From contig NW_027362771.1 in the NCBI RefSeq assembly GCF_046119375.1, positions 417,136,001-417,200,000 of the forward strand: DNA of 64,000 bases, given 5' to 3'. Source of the stretch: Phyllobates terribilis. Taxonomy: Eukaryota. Each line of letters starts with the position of its first letter. The stretch's first letter is position 1. The position numbers and the translations under genes are program-made. Shown here piece after piece: positions 26,375 to 38,182 of this stretch. The notes under the pieces were generated by a model. It saw nothing but the letters and a program-made list of their open reading frames with translations, was not told the DNA's origin and ran no database searches.

Positions 26375-27112
26375 GTTAGCATCTCTTACCGGGACGCACG
26401 TAAAAACGCTGAAAGACACTAGGCTTTTGCACAGTGACAAGTTGTCGTTTTTTTTTTTTGAGGGTGGGGGGGGTTGGGAAGTTATCTATTTATTTTTTTT
26501 TGTGTCTTAAATTTTAGGCCAGTTGCAGAGTTAGTTATATGAAATATGACTCAAAGGGAACCTGTCACGTCCTACTACTATGTACACTGCCCCCATAACG
26601 TTGTTAGTGATGCAATGTGCATCACTAACAAGATTTTTTTTCATTAAAATTGTTGGTATTATAATTATTTTATAACCTTGTATATACTTGTCCTACCTGC
26701 TTGTATTCAGTCATAGGGGTGCGATTCTCGCATTCAGTCACTGCTGGCGCCGGCCATGTATTTGAATATTGCTTCCGGCAAGCTCTATTACTGTGGGGCG
26801 AATTTGTACATGTCCGGCCGCCTGCGCAGTGAGGCTGTGTGATTACCAGCTTCACCGTGCGTGCGCAGTGAAGCTGCAAACTACACAGCCTCACTGCGCA
26901 TCCACGGGGAACATAGCGCATGCGCAGTGAAGCTGGTAATCACACAGCTGGTGGGCCACCAATGGTGACTGAGGGAGCCCTTTTGCTGTCAAACATCAGA
27001 GGTTAATGCTTACCACTGCATTGCAAATTGAGCTCTAGAGGTGATGCCATTAACATCATTGTACATTGTAATTTTTATGAGTGTTGTCGCATTCATTTTC
27101 TTTTGATTACAG

Positions 27113-27299
27113 GTATAGAGATAACAGACACCAGAGAGGCTGGGAAGGCAGACGTGATTGGTCCAACTCCAGCTATAACCAACAGCGAGGTGGTAGAGGC
27201 TGGGGTAACCACCACAATCAGTACAGACGGGAACGATCTTACCATTCGGCAGAAGGACACCATTCTGGGAACCAGAGATATTACTCTGATCGTTATTAG
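27113..27299 (+). CDS. ramac: RAMAC coding exon 2 (NR-rich region to stop)
   Basis: Acceptor TTTTGATTACAG; completes AG|G Arg then YRDNRHQRGWEGRRDWSNSSYNQQRGGRGWGNHHNQYRRERSYHSAEGHHSGNQRYYSDRY*. Total CDS 345 nt = 114 aa. AATAAA at 27392-27397. Confidence 0.95.
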
Positions 27300-28937
27300 T
27301 GGTGTTATGGTTGTTTTTTCATATAAACATTTTTTTGCATGTATGGAGAAAACCAGCAATTCCTATGGTAATTGCATGACCTAGAAAAAAAAATAAAGGT
27401 ATTTTTAGCAAATGCTCAAGTGTTTGCAGTGCTCTGTATGTAGTGAACATAATCATGCTCTGTGATGGTGCTTTCTTCATTGTTCTACAGCTCTTGTTCA
27501 AAAAGATACTGTCGAGACTCGGGAGGTATCTTATGAAAGCTATGGGTATATTCAAAACTGTGTGTGTGTGTGTGTGTACACCCTAGTGCAAATGCTAACT
27601 AGCAGTGTTCCCAAACCATGCAATAAAAAAAGAAAAAAAATTGTGATTAGTTCCCTTGCTGTCATTTCTAAAAATGTAATGCAAAAGAAGATATTGGTAC
27701 TTTTTATTCAGATGTTTACTGTGTTCAGGCATAATTGTACTGAAAAGAATGACATTCCTCATCAATGTATTCAAATGTAGTAGAAGAATTAATACAAATT
27801 TACTTTTGTAGTTACAAGATATCTTATACAGCATAATGTGCACCGCACCGAGAACAGAGCAAGAGCTCTGGTAACCGTATCTGGGAACCTGTAGTGGAGG
27901 GAAGGGAACTCTGTGAAGAATAAGCTAGAAGGAGAATGTGCACTACTCATCTCATAAGCAGGTAGTCTGGTGTACATCCTCCACATGGAAATAGCTTTAC
28001 TAGCATAGAATAGATTCATATCTACTTTCAGTGAAGCATTGTATGTACACCAGTTCTATTAATATAGGCATGCTCTGTGTTCTTGTGTCATAGCTCCTAA
28101 TCACTGCAAAACAACAGCAAAAATGCATGCTGGAACTTACGAGTTTTACTGCTATAGTAAATTCATATTCACAGTGGAGGAGCGAGCGGTATTACACTGC
28201 AACTCGCATATTTCAAGATTAGGTTAATTAAAGACAGTGAAAAATTAAATTTTATTAAATAAAAAAATGCTTATGCATATTTGTGTACTTAAAACCCCTA
28301 GTGACCACCAATACGACTTAAAACTGACCTGAGATATAAGTGAATAGCATCCCCCGACTGGTGAAAATACAGCAGCTGTACATTGCAGCTGACACCTGGC
28401 TGCATCAGTCACAATCGGTATTTGCACCAACCATGGCTGTTTAACTCCTTAGATGCTGTTATCAATAGTGACTAGGGCATCTGATGATTAACAGTGTGGG
28501 GGCTTCCTCTTTAACCCCGAGATCATGATTGTGTGGTCTTGATGGAAGCCATGGCAAATAACGGCCTTAGAGTCTGCCAGCTATAGTGACCTGTTCAGAA
28601 GTTTGTCAACATTTTAGGTGGTAAAAGTAACATTTTTCATTCCTGTCATGCCACTTTGCATTAATTTCTGAAAAAACACCTGAAGGGTTAATAAGCTACC
28701 TGACAGCAATTTTGAATATGTTGAGGGGTGCTGTTCTTAACTATTACTTTTTGGGTTTTTCAATGTATAGGTCCCCCAAAGTCACTTAATAACTAAAAAT
28801 TTCCCTAAAAAATAAATTTTGAAATTTTCCTTGAAAAATTATTGCTACAATTTTAAAGCTTCTAACATCCTAACATAAAATAACATTTTACAGATGGTGC
28901 TAATGTAAAGCAGACATTAAGTAAATGTTGTTTACTA

Positions 28938-29624
28938 CCGTATATACTCGAGTATAAGCCGAGGCACCTAATTTTACCACACAAAACTGGGAAAACTTAT
29001 TGACTTGAGTATAAGCCTATGTTGGGAAATGCAGCAGCTACTGGTAAATTTCCCCAATCCTGGTATGCATTGCTCCCTCATCCCCCCCCAATCCTGGTAT
29101 GTATGGCCCCATCACTGCACGCACAAAAAAAATCACTTATACTCACCTTCCTTCCTCACCTCTGCTCCAAGCGCTGCGTCCTGTCCTCCTGCAGCAGCTC
29201 ATGTCAGCATCTGAGCAGCACATGGCGTCACTGCCATGCGCTCTCAGATGCTGATGTGAGCTGCTGGCATGTTCACTCCACGCCGGGACTATGGGCGTGG
29301 AGAAGAGTGAATATGAATTCTCTTTTAATAGTGAGCACTGTCAGCAGGAGCGCTCCTCTGTGCCCGCTACTAAAGAGAATGAATATTCATTCTTCTCCAC
29401 GCCCATGCGAGTGGAGAAGGAGTATTAATTTCCCTTTAGCAGCGGGCACACGTAGCTGCAGCAGCCGGCTACTACGTGTGCCCCACTCCTCTGCCGCTGC
29501 AAACCCCCCCCCCCCACACACTATTCACCAACGGAATTTCTAATTACCAGAGTATAAGCCGAGGGGGGCTTTTTCAGCGCAAAAAATGTGCTGAAAAACT
29601 TTGCTTATACTAGAGTATATACAA
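28938..29624. mobile_element. Tc1/mariner (pogo/Tigger-like) MITE, TA TSD
   Basis: TA + CCGTATATACTCGAGTATAAGCCGA ... GCTTATACTAGAGTATATACAA + TA. Confidence 0.75.
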
Positions 29625-29754
29625 TAACTATTGTGTGGCATGATTATCTGGATTAAAGGGATAAACATTCAAAGTTTGAAAATTGCAAATTTTTGGAAAT
29701 TTGTCAATTTCTGATTTTTATAAATACAAAACATTGACCTAAATTTACCATTAA

Positions 29755-30183
29755 AGCGCTCCTCAAATCAAAGTTTTTATCCTCTTAATACATTGCAATT
29801 ATCATATTCTATGGCTGTGTGCTTACAATTGCTCATTTTGGCTTTCTACCCAGCTAATTATTCTCTGTTTTATGTGGAAATAGGAAGAATCTTGACATTG
29901 TATTTATCATTCCCCTCTTCAACTCCTAACCCAGTTGTTCCCTCCTCCACCCCCCCATAGACTTTTGCAGCGACTCATGACTGGAGCAGACTAAATTGAA
30001 CTCCTGCTTCTACATGGAGCTTAGTAAGTTTTTAATCATGAGATGTTATGGACCTAATGGAAAACCAAAGTATTAATTGGGTAGAAAGGAAAAGTGAGCA
30101 ATTGTAAACACACAGTGCTATATAACATGATGACTGCAATAGAGTAAGAGGGTAAAAACTTTGATGGGAGGAGTAGTGCTTCT
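29755..30183. mobile_element. T2/Kolobok-like palindromic MITE, TTAA TSD
   Basis: TTAA at 29751-29754 and 30184-30187; ~120-bp imperfect inverted arms. Confidence 0.7.
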
Positions 30184-32320
30184 TTAACAATCTAAAAATC
30201 ACTGTAATATGTTGAAACATTCCAGAGTTATTGCCACAAAGTTACATGTCAGATTTTAAAAATTTTGCCTGGTCACTAAGGGGTTAAACAGATACTACTA
30301 CTACTACTACTACTACTGTCTTCCAAATCAATCTAAAATCTTACATGACAAATTTGCTAGAAGCACGCTGCCATCTTGTGGATGGCAGGGTTTCTAGTCC
30401 ATCATTACTCTGCACTAAGCAGCATAAATGAGAGATCTCACTGATTAGTGACTACTGAGGAGTAGGTGTAATGACCAATGTCTGCTCCGAGTTACTTTCA
30501 ACTATCGGTGTTTTCACAGCCGCTCGGCAGGCATTCACTGCCTGTCCCCCCTGCTCTCTATAGTGTTCTCACACTGAAGAGCATCTCTGCAGTAATCACC
30601 TCAATGGTTAGTGCAGACATTAGTGTATAGTGACTAATGGGGGAGTTACCTTCATATCTATATCAATGTATGTCTCACAGACCTCTCCACTGCCTTCCCT
30701 CTGCCAGATTGTCTCCCTGCTCTAAACAGCATGTTGTCACACAACTAAGGGTGCTCTCACACTGCGCTTTGTCACACATTCGTTGGTCCCATTGGGGCTT
30801 GTCAGACCCACCCCTGCCCCGCATGCAAAATGGGATTGGGGCGTATGCGCCGACAGGGCCTTAGACTATAATGGTGCCAACAAATTGAATGTGCGCTCTG
30901 ATGTGCATCATTTTCGGGCGCATAAGCCTACTGGAGATTGGCACCCAGACGCAGTCTATGTCTGAGTGTCCGTCTCCAGTAGGTGTACACGCCCGATAAT
31001 GATGCACGTCAGAACACACGTTTACTCTATCTTCACCATTATAGTCTACTAGCTATTGAACCTGTTCTACGCCTGGGTAGCGAGCATTTTTATTGGCATG
31101 TGCTACCCCATCCTGCGCCCCCATCCTCTTTTGTGCTGCCTCCATCCTGTTTTCTGCTGTCTCCATGCTGCCCCCCCATTCGGCGCCCCCATCCTCCATC
31201 AATTAAAAAAAAAAACACTCCTACTCACTTTTCCATTGCTCCCCTGCAGTCCGCCGCCTGTGTTGTTGTTTTAATAAAATGGCACCGGAATCAACACTTG
31301 CATAGCGCGATATTCGGTGCCATTTTAGTGAAGACACATTTGCAGAGTGTATTCAACAAAAGGGCGCCGGAGTACGCATGTGCCCATACTGCGCTGTCCG
31401 ACGCCATATTGTTGAAGACACACTGCAAATGTGTATTCACTAAAATGGTGCAGTGTTTTGCCAAGTTTTTGACACTAAGGTTCGGATACTGTTTTAAAGA
31501 AGGCAACCACTTGCAATGTAACGCAATTTTATTTATAATAGTTGATTTAAAAGATAAAATACACAAAGGAATAGCATCATATGATATTGCGTACACTTTT
31601 GTATATGTTTAAATACAACGGTTAAGTACACACGTACATATACTCACATCATCACCAAGGAGCTTCTAAACATCATCAGTCTGGAATATCAGAGAAGCAA
31701 TTTCACCAAGACAGAGAAACCCCTGGAAGTCTTGCAACACTGCATGGGCAGTTATCACAACACTGTACACATCAATCAGTACAGGTCCAACAGCTTCTGC
31801 TCAGTAATATTTTCTCTGGCCTTATATATTGAATGTACACTACTAAGTTTAATTTACCTTTGCCCCCACAGTGGACCGCTGTAGGAAGAAAAGGTAAATC
31901 AGATAAGGCTCTTACATAGACAATGGTGTACAATAAACGTACACAATTCAAAAAGCTCTTAGGGATCAAGTAAGTAACTAAACACAAGTTTATATAAATC
32001 TTAATGTTTTACAATAACCCTCAATAAACAGAAAACTGTGATAAATGTTTCAGACAATGAATAAGCCGCTCTCAAGATGTTGTTACTTATTAACATTGTC
32101 TTGTGTCTAAACATCAAGTAAATACAATGTAAAGAAAAACAGATTAGGTCTTATCGGGTTTGAACACATTCTGTATATTTCATATTGGACTCAAAATAGC
32201 CATTTTTATATTCACACTACACGCCAGATAGTGCGCTATGCGCCGATTCCCACCGAACTCCTCCCCCAGCTTCTGGACTGAACAGAGGCGTCGCGGCAAC
32301 GCTCCTCCCGGTCTGGGGCT

Positions 32321-32353
32321 AGACTGCGCAGGCGCATCGCGCTTGCGCAGTCT
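32321..32353. promoter_or_regulatory. NRF1-type GC palindrome in a small CpG island
   Basis: TGCGCAGGCGCA at 32325-32336, inside AGACTGCGCA...TGCGCAGTCT inverted arms; CpG-rich 32220-32440. Confidence 0.55.
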
Positions 32354-32574
32354 ATAGAGGCTTTGGACAGTCTGACACATCTCCCGTTCTATTATAGATG
32401 GCCCCGTCGGTGCAAGTGCCCGAATCCTGTTTTACTCGGGGGTGGGGGGAGGGATCGGACTTAAGCCCAGACAGAACCAAGGAACGTGTGACAAAGCGCA
32501 ATGTGAAAGCACCCTTGGAGCAGAGCAACATGTAGGCAGAATGACAACACAGTGGAAACTATTTATTTCTCTAC

Positions 32575-32760
32575 GGCAGCACGGTGGCTCAGTGGTTAGC
32601 ATTGCAGAGCTGGAGTCCTGGTTTCAAATCCCACCAAGGACAACATCTGCAAGGAGTTTGTATGTTCTCCCCGTGTTTGTGTAGGTTTCCTCTGGGTTCT
32701 CATTTCACCCCACACTCCAAAGACATACTGATAGGGAATCTATATTGTGAGCGGATACTG
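32575..32760 (+). mobile_element. tRNA-derived V-SINE
   Basis: GGCAGCACGGTGGCTCAGTGGTTAGC head (A box 32585-32595, B box-like GGTTTCAAATCC 32620-32631), followed by V-domain GAGTTTGTATGTTCTCCCCGTG...GGTTTCCTC...CCACACTCCAAAGACAT. Confidence 0.85.
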
Positions 32761-32764
32761 GGAG

Positions 32765-32990
32765 CCTGTGCTAGCATTTCTTCTGCGGTGTTGCTATCAG
32801 TGTGTCAAGAGTGGGAGAAGAGGGTTGCATTGACAATCCAACACAACGGGCAGCACTTTGAACACATTTTATAAGTGGTCATAAACTTGTAAAAAACTCA
32901 TGAAAGAATAAAGTTACGTTAAAACCAAGCACACCATTGTTTTTATGAAATTCTCAATAAGTTTGATGTGTCACATGACCCTCTTCCCAT
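32765..32990 (+). mobile_element. Mariner/Tc3-like transposase 3' fragment
   Basis: CQEWEKRVALTIQHNGQHFEHIL* is typical of a mariner-type C-terminus (..G.HFEH.L). Confidence 0.65.
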
Positions 32991-32995
32991 TATAA

Positions 32996-35070
32996 AAAAC
33001 ACTAAATTACTTACCGGTAATGTGATTTTCCTGAGCCCATGACAGCACCTACAACAAGAGAGGGGATCCGCCCTTCCAGGACAGGAAACCTACAGAATAA
33101 AAGGGCGGCGCCTCTCCACCACCTCAGTTGTTTACATAGCATGAGAGGACACTACTTAATAGCTATATATCCCATGATTTTTCCTTCTACACACCACGTG
33201 AATCAAACATCATGAAGGAAATGATGGGCTCAGGAAAATCACATTACCGGTAAGTAATTTAGTGTTTTCATATCACCCATGACAGCACCTACAACAAGAG
33301 ATTTACAGAGAAAAAACTTTAAAGTTAGGGTGGGACCACAGCCTGTAGAACAGTTTTCCTAAAGGAAAGGACAGCAGAAGATCCCAGATCAAGCCTATAG
33401 TGTCTAGAGAAGGTGCAAGGTGAAGACTGAATCGCAACCTTACATAATGCTTGATGGGGACATCCGCTTTCTTATTGTTCTGCCATAGATTCCTGGATTA
33501 GCACAGAAAGTAGGGTGCACAATTTCCTGACTTCTATGGAAATTGGAAGCCATCTTCGGAAGATAGGGTAGCTCTGGAACCGGACCATCTTCTAGGATTT
33601 TCACATTCCTTGCTTATTCAATGCAGGTTGGACACTGTTCCAGTAGTCTACGGCTAAAAAGTTCCACTTGCAATTCTCTTCCTCTTTATATGAGGTGCTG
33701 TTAAAGATAAAAGGTGAGACTTCGCCATCTGAATTGATTAGACATAAGTGTCATTAGGGATCTTGGCAGAGTTCCTCCATAATGGTTTACGCAAGATAAA
33801 GCTACTCTGTTGTATGACTAGACCTTTACATTGTGACCATACATAGATGAATGGAGCTTTCTTATATACTGCCTAAAACTTCTTTAGGTTAGAGGTACCG
33901 GATCTTTAGAGGCAGCCCACGGGTCTGTACCCGTGACCATGCTACTACTAGAATGTGGGAGATTAGAGTTATTAACAGCAATATTGCCTTGTTCAGAGTT
34001 GTGGCCAGACTGCTTATTAATTTTGACATATAGCAGGACTCCTTATTCTACCTTGGGAGACCACAACTCTTACTCACTGCCCAGTGAGTTCTGCAGCGCT
34101 CGATGGATCGGCCCATAATCCCGAAATAGTTGAGGTAAACTATAGTCAATGCCTCTTCCTTCGATATGAGAGTTGTCCTAACTACTATAAATCTCCATAA
34201 AGCCTTAAGGTTCATTAACATCTGAATAGAAGGACACAAACTGAAAGCCTAAATCCTTATTTTATGCCAAGAACTATTCTCAGGAAATTTGATGTTTCAT
34301 GTGAATTGGAACCTGACTGTATACCTCCTTAAACGCTTATACTACTATATAGCAATCTGGAATTTCAGATTTACTATCAGGACTTATAGTCCATTTCCAA
34401 TGATCTCTCAGGAATCTGTACAGCCCCTTCGGCTTGTAGCAAACCTAGGTAGGCCTGGGTTAAATAATAGCTTTACAGGTCTTGATTAGGGCACCTGGAG
34501 AGCTAAGCACCAGAGCAGGCTAAGCATTCACCTTAGTCAGACTACTGGAAAGCAGAGCAGACAGTATGTGTCTTGGAGCTAATCAGAGACACAGGCCAGA
34601 CTCCACAAGTATCAGTGGTTGCCCTGGATAAATATTGCTTTATTTGATCAAGCTGGGTTACCTGAGCTGTATATGAGTAGTCAGAGTCTGTCCTATTTAG
34701 TCAGAGCTTGGACAAGACCAGAAATATTAATGTTTATGACTTCTGTGCAACCTGTAAAAAGCAATAAAACTGCGCTCGATTGGACCAAACCCACAATGGC
34801 TGTATGAGCACTACATGATGCCTCCTACCTTTAAGAGTGAAACCCTACAAGGTTTATTATTAACCTGCAAAACTTAGGACGCGCTCTTATGGTCACCTGC
34901 CTCCAACCGGCATTCCACCGAGCCAGCTGAGCACCAGCCAGGAATACTGCCACCCTCTGTCTAAAAATAGAGGCTAGGATATTTTTCTCCCTGAATTCGG
35001 TAAGCTTGCCATGAACAGTTTACAGTCGCTGAACTTGATTTTGTCTGACATAACTTAGTTGTGGAACCAG
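32996..35070 (-). mobile_element. DIRS1-type tyrosine-recombinase retrotransposon, 3' remnant
   Basis: 45-bp perfect inverted repeat (32996-33040 / 33224-33268) plus 26-bp direct repeat (33036-33061 / 33276-33301), as in DIRS ITR/ICR ends. Minus strand near 33400 reads .KVAIQSSPCTFSRHYRLD (YR C-terminus, cf. ICRAATWSS..TF..HYRLD). Confidence 0.75.
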
Positions 35071-35084
35071 TACCTTTACAAAGA

Positions 35085-35990
35085 GGGACTATGAGGCACA
35101 GGGGCGCTACAAGGCACTGTGAAGAGCTATGAGGTACTAACAGGCGCTATACGGCACTATGAATGCACCATAAGGCACTATGATATGCTATGCTATGAAG
35201 CGCTGTAAAGAGCCATAAGGCGCTATGAAGTGCTATGAGGCACTATGCCATGAGGCACTATAAAGCACTATGAGACGCTATACGGCACTATAATGTGCTT
35301 TGAGACACTATGATGCATTATGAGGCACTGTGAAGTGCTATGAGGCATTATAATGTGCTATGAGGCACTATTATGTGCTATGAAGAGCTGTGCTATGAGG
35401 CACTGTGAAGCGCTATGAGGCACTGTGATGTGCCATGAGACACTGTGATGCACTTTTAAGTGACATGAAGCGCTATGCCATGAGGCACTATGCTATGATG
35501 TGCCATGAGGCACTATGCTATGATGTGCCATGAGGCACTATGCTATGATGTGCCATGAGGCGCTATGCTATGATGTGCTATGAAGCTCTATGCTATGAGG
35601 TACTAAGATGTTATATGAAGACCAATGCTATGACGCACTATGATGTGCCATGAGGCGCTGTGAAGCACTATGATGTGCTATAAAGCGCTATGCTATGAGG
35701 CACTATGCTATGATGTGCCATGAGGCATTATGATGTGCTATGAAGCGCTATGCTATGATGTGCCATGAGGCACTATGAAGAACTATGATGCGCTATGCTA
35801 TGACACACTTTTATGTGCCATGAGGCGCTGTGAGACACTATGATGTGCTATAAAGCGCTATGCTATGAGGCACTATGCACTAAGATGAGCTATGAAGCAC
35901 TATGATGTGCCCAGAGGCACTATGATGTGATATAAAGCGATATGATGTGCTCAAGCGCAAAGAGGCTTTATAATGCACTGTGATGCACTG
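35085..35990. repeat. 5/10-bp-periodic tandem array (CTATGAGGCA / CTATGATGTG / CTATGAAGCG)
   Basis: ~900 bp of interleaved 10-mer variants and CTATG pentamers. Confidence 0.9.
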
Positions 35991-36599
35991 CGCTCAGATT
36001 TTTATTTAAAAGAGTAATCCATCTGAATGAAGGATAAACCTTTCCTTTGGGTTTTAAATCTCAATTGTCAGACTAGCCCCACCCAAAGGAGCCAACTGAT
36101 GAGACTAAGCTGGACAGCAGACCTTCACAGAGACCATGTGCTGTATTAACACCATGTGCCGTCCCAAAGATGGAGTAAACAGACTGGAGGACAACAGTAA
36201 AAACCTCAGTGTTAGTTTAACATTTACTGAGCAGATAGAGGCTCATTTTTGTGGTAAATTCTGAAGGCCAATCATGAGGCTCTGTGCGGCCCAGACATGT
36301 GGCTAACTTTAGCCTTGAGGTCTAAGGTCCAGCTTCCGTCCTGAAGCCAAATTTAAAGCACAAGGCCCTTGGCCCAGATGGGGTCTTACAGAGCGCACAC
36401 ACACCCATTTTTGAGTTTTGCGCTAACATCCTTTAGCCTTTCCTAGTAACCATAACAAGGAAAGGGCCCCATAAACAAGGTAAACATTCATGAAGATCAC
36501 TCACCACCAGCTGTACCAAGTCACAGGCCTGTTCCTCTCCATCCTGCCATGCCTGAGCAATACTGGGGTGGTGAATCCCAGGCAGGGGCGCCTCCAATA

Positions 36600-36960
36600 G
36601 TGCGCCGATCAAAGCTGGAGCTGCCCACCCCAGGTAGGGGCGCAGCTCAACAGGTGCTCCAATTGATGTGCAGAGCTGGAGCTGCTGACCCCCAGACAGG
36701 GGCACAGTTCCACAGCTGCTCTCTCACTGACACGCAGAGCTGGATCTGCCGACCCCAGACAGGGGCGCAGTTCCACAGCAGCTTCTCCACTGATGCATGG
36801 AGCTGGAGCTGCCGACCCCAGACAGGAGCGCAGTTCCACGGCGACTCTCTCACTGACGTGCAGAGATGGAGCTGCCGACCGCAGACAGGGGTGCAGTTCC
36901 ACAGCAGCTTTTCCACTTATTCACGGAGCTGGAGCTGCCGACCCCAGGCAGGGGCGCCGC
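36600..36960. repeat. ~60-bp minisatellite, ~6 copies alternating two variants
   Basis: GAGCTGGAGCTGCCGACCCCAGACAGGGGCGCAGTTCCAC... repeated; accounts for ORF 36549..37298. Confidence 0.85.
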
Positions 36961-38046
36961 TCAGTCATATCCGGATCTTCAACAGGAAAGCCTGTCTAAG
37001 GTTCTCCCATCAAGGACCCTCCAGTAAGCTCGTCATCAGGGCCGCAGGCTGGTACAAAACAGTAGCCGGAAACATGTTAGAAGACATGGGTCTCCGCTAC
37101 TTCTTTTTTTTACATAATCCAATGCTGGGACAACCAGCAATTCCAAAATTGAGTCTCTGGAGCCCAGAATTGGGCTCGGCAAAGTCCTATCTTGAATGGA
37201 GCAGAGATCCGCATGCTCAACCACCGCTGCATTTAATGTCTATGGGACTGTTTGAGAAAGCAGAGTACAGTATTCAGCTCTTTCAGGCTGTCCTATAGAC
37301 ATTGAATGGAAGTGCATTCAAGACATGGCTCTGCAAAGGCTGATTTTAGGTTCCAGGGCCCCAATCTCGATGATCGTGGGAACTCTCAGTGGTCAGTATG
37401 TTGTCCTATGCTTAGGGGATAACTTAATATTTTTGGGAATGACTGTTTAATGTACAAGAGTTAGACAAGAGAATGTGATATGTTTGCCTAAAGAGGTGTG
37501 CATATTGCACACAGACCTGATAATCCAGGGTAGCACATTATTGGTGCAAGCTGGAGAAATGTCTTGGAGATGAGAGGTTTGGATTTGGGAAGACGTTAGT
37601 CTTAATTCAATGTCAGAAAGTCAAGGCATGGTAGCCAGAAATGAGGAAGGCAATGTAGGGTTTTGTTGGACTTTTGTAATGAGAGGTTTTGTTGGACTTT
37701 TGTAATGAGAGGTTAGAGAGGAGTTAAACCAATTAGTAGTGCTTTATAGTAATTCAGATGATAATGAATCAGAGGAATAATAATACTGTTTTTTTTTTAT
37801 TTACACAGTAAGAAAATGGCAGATTCTCAACATGATTTTAAGGAACATGAGACATAAGCATGCAAGTGACTGACTATATGGAGTAAAGGACAAATCAAAC
37901 ATAAGCCCAAGACAGTGGGCATGCTGCCTTGGAGTTATGGTACTAGCGCACATGGAAATATCAGGGATAAGTAGGATAGTGTAATTCCTGGCTATATGGC
38001 CAGTTTACTGATCGGATCCAGCATCAAGGTATAAAACAATAATACA

Positions 38047-38182
38047 NNNNNNNNNNNNNNNNNNNNNNNNNNNNNNNNNNNNNNNNNNNNNNNNNNNNNN
38101 NNNNNNNNNNNNNNNNNNNNNNNNNNNNNNNNNNNNNNNNNNNNNNNNNNNNNNNNNNNNNNNNNNNNNNNNNNNNNNNNNN
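38047..38182. other. Assembly gap (136 N)
   Basis: Run of N. Confidence 1.

Larger units (their letters stand above)
28295..30283. mobile_element. TTAA-flanked non-autonomous element carrying two nested MITEs
   Basis: Termini CCCCTAGTGACC / GGTCACTAAGGGG + TTAA (30284-30287). Confidence 0.6.
27685..32320 (-). ncRNA. Candidate spliced non-coding gene with micro-exons (snoRNA-host-like)
   Basis: CpG/NRF1 promoter at ~32321-32353; exons ~32320-32216 (donor GTGAAT), 31878-31858 (TTTTCTTCCTACAG / GTAAAT), 31680-31648 (CTCTGATATTCCAG / GTGAGT), 27888-~27685 (TTCCCTTCCCTCCACTACAG; AATAAA 27708-27703). No recognisable long ORF. Confidence 0.4.

Noticed and set aside
30440-30640. H/ACA snoRNA ending in CAGACATT
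   Set aside because: The motif is one arm of an inverted repeat (AATGTCTGC...GCAGACATT plus outer arms), so it appears on both strands; more likely a MITE relic.
30983-31612. 209-aa ORF
   Set aside because: Crosses MITE and low-complexity fragments, with no domain motifs or splice context.
32575-32640. tRNA gene
   Set aside because: A and B boxes are present but there is no cloverleaf, and the sequence continues into a V-SINE body.
35085-36960. CRISPR-like arrays
   Set aside because: Tandem repeats without unique spacers, in vertebrate DNA, with no cas genes.
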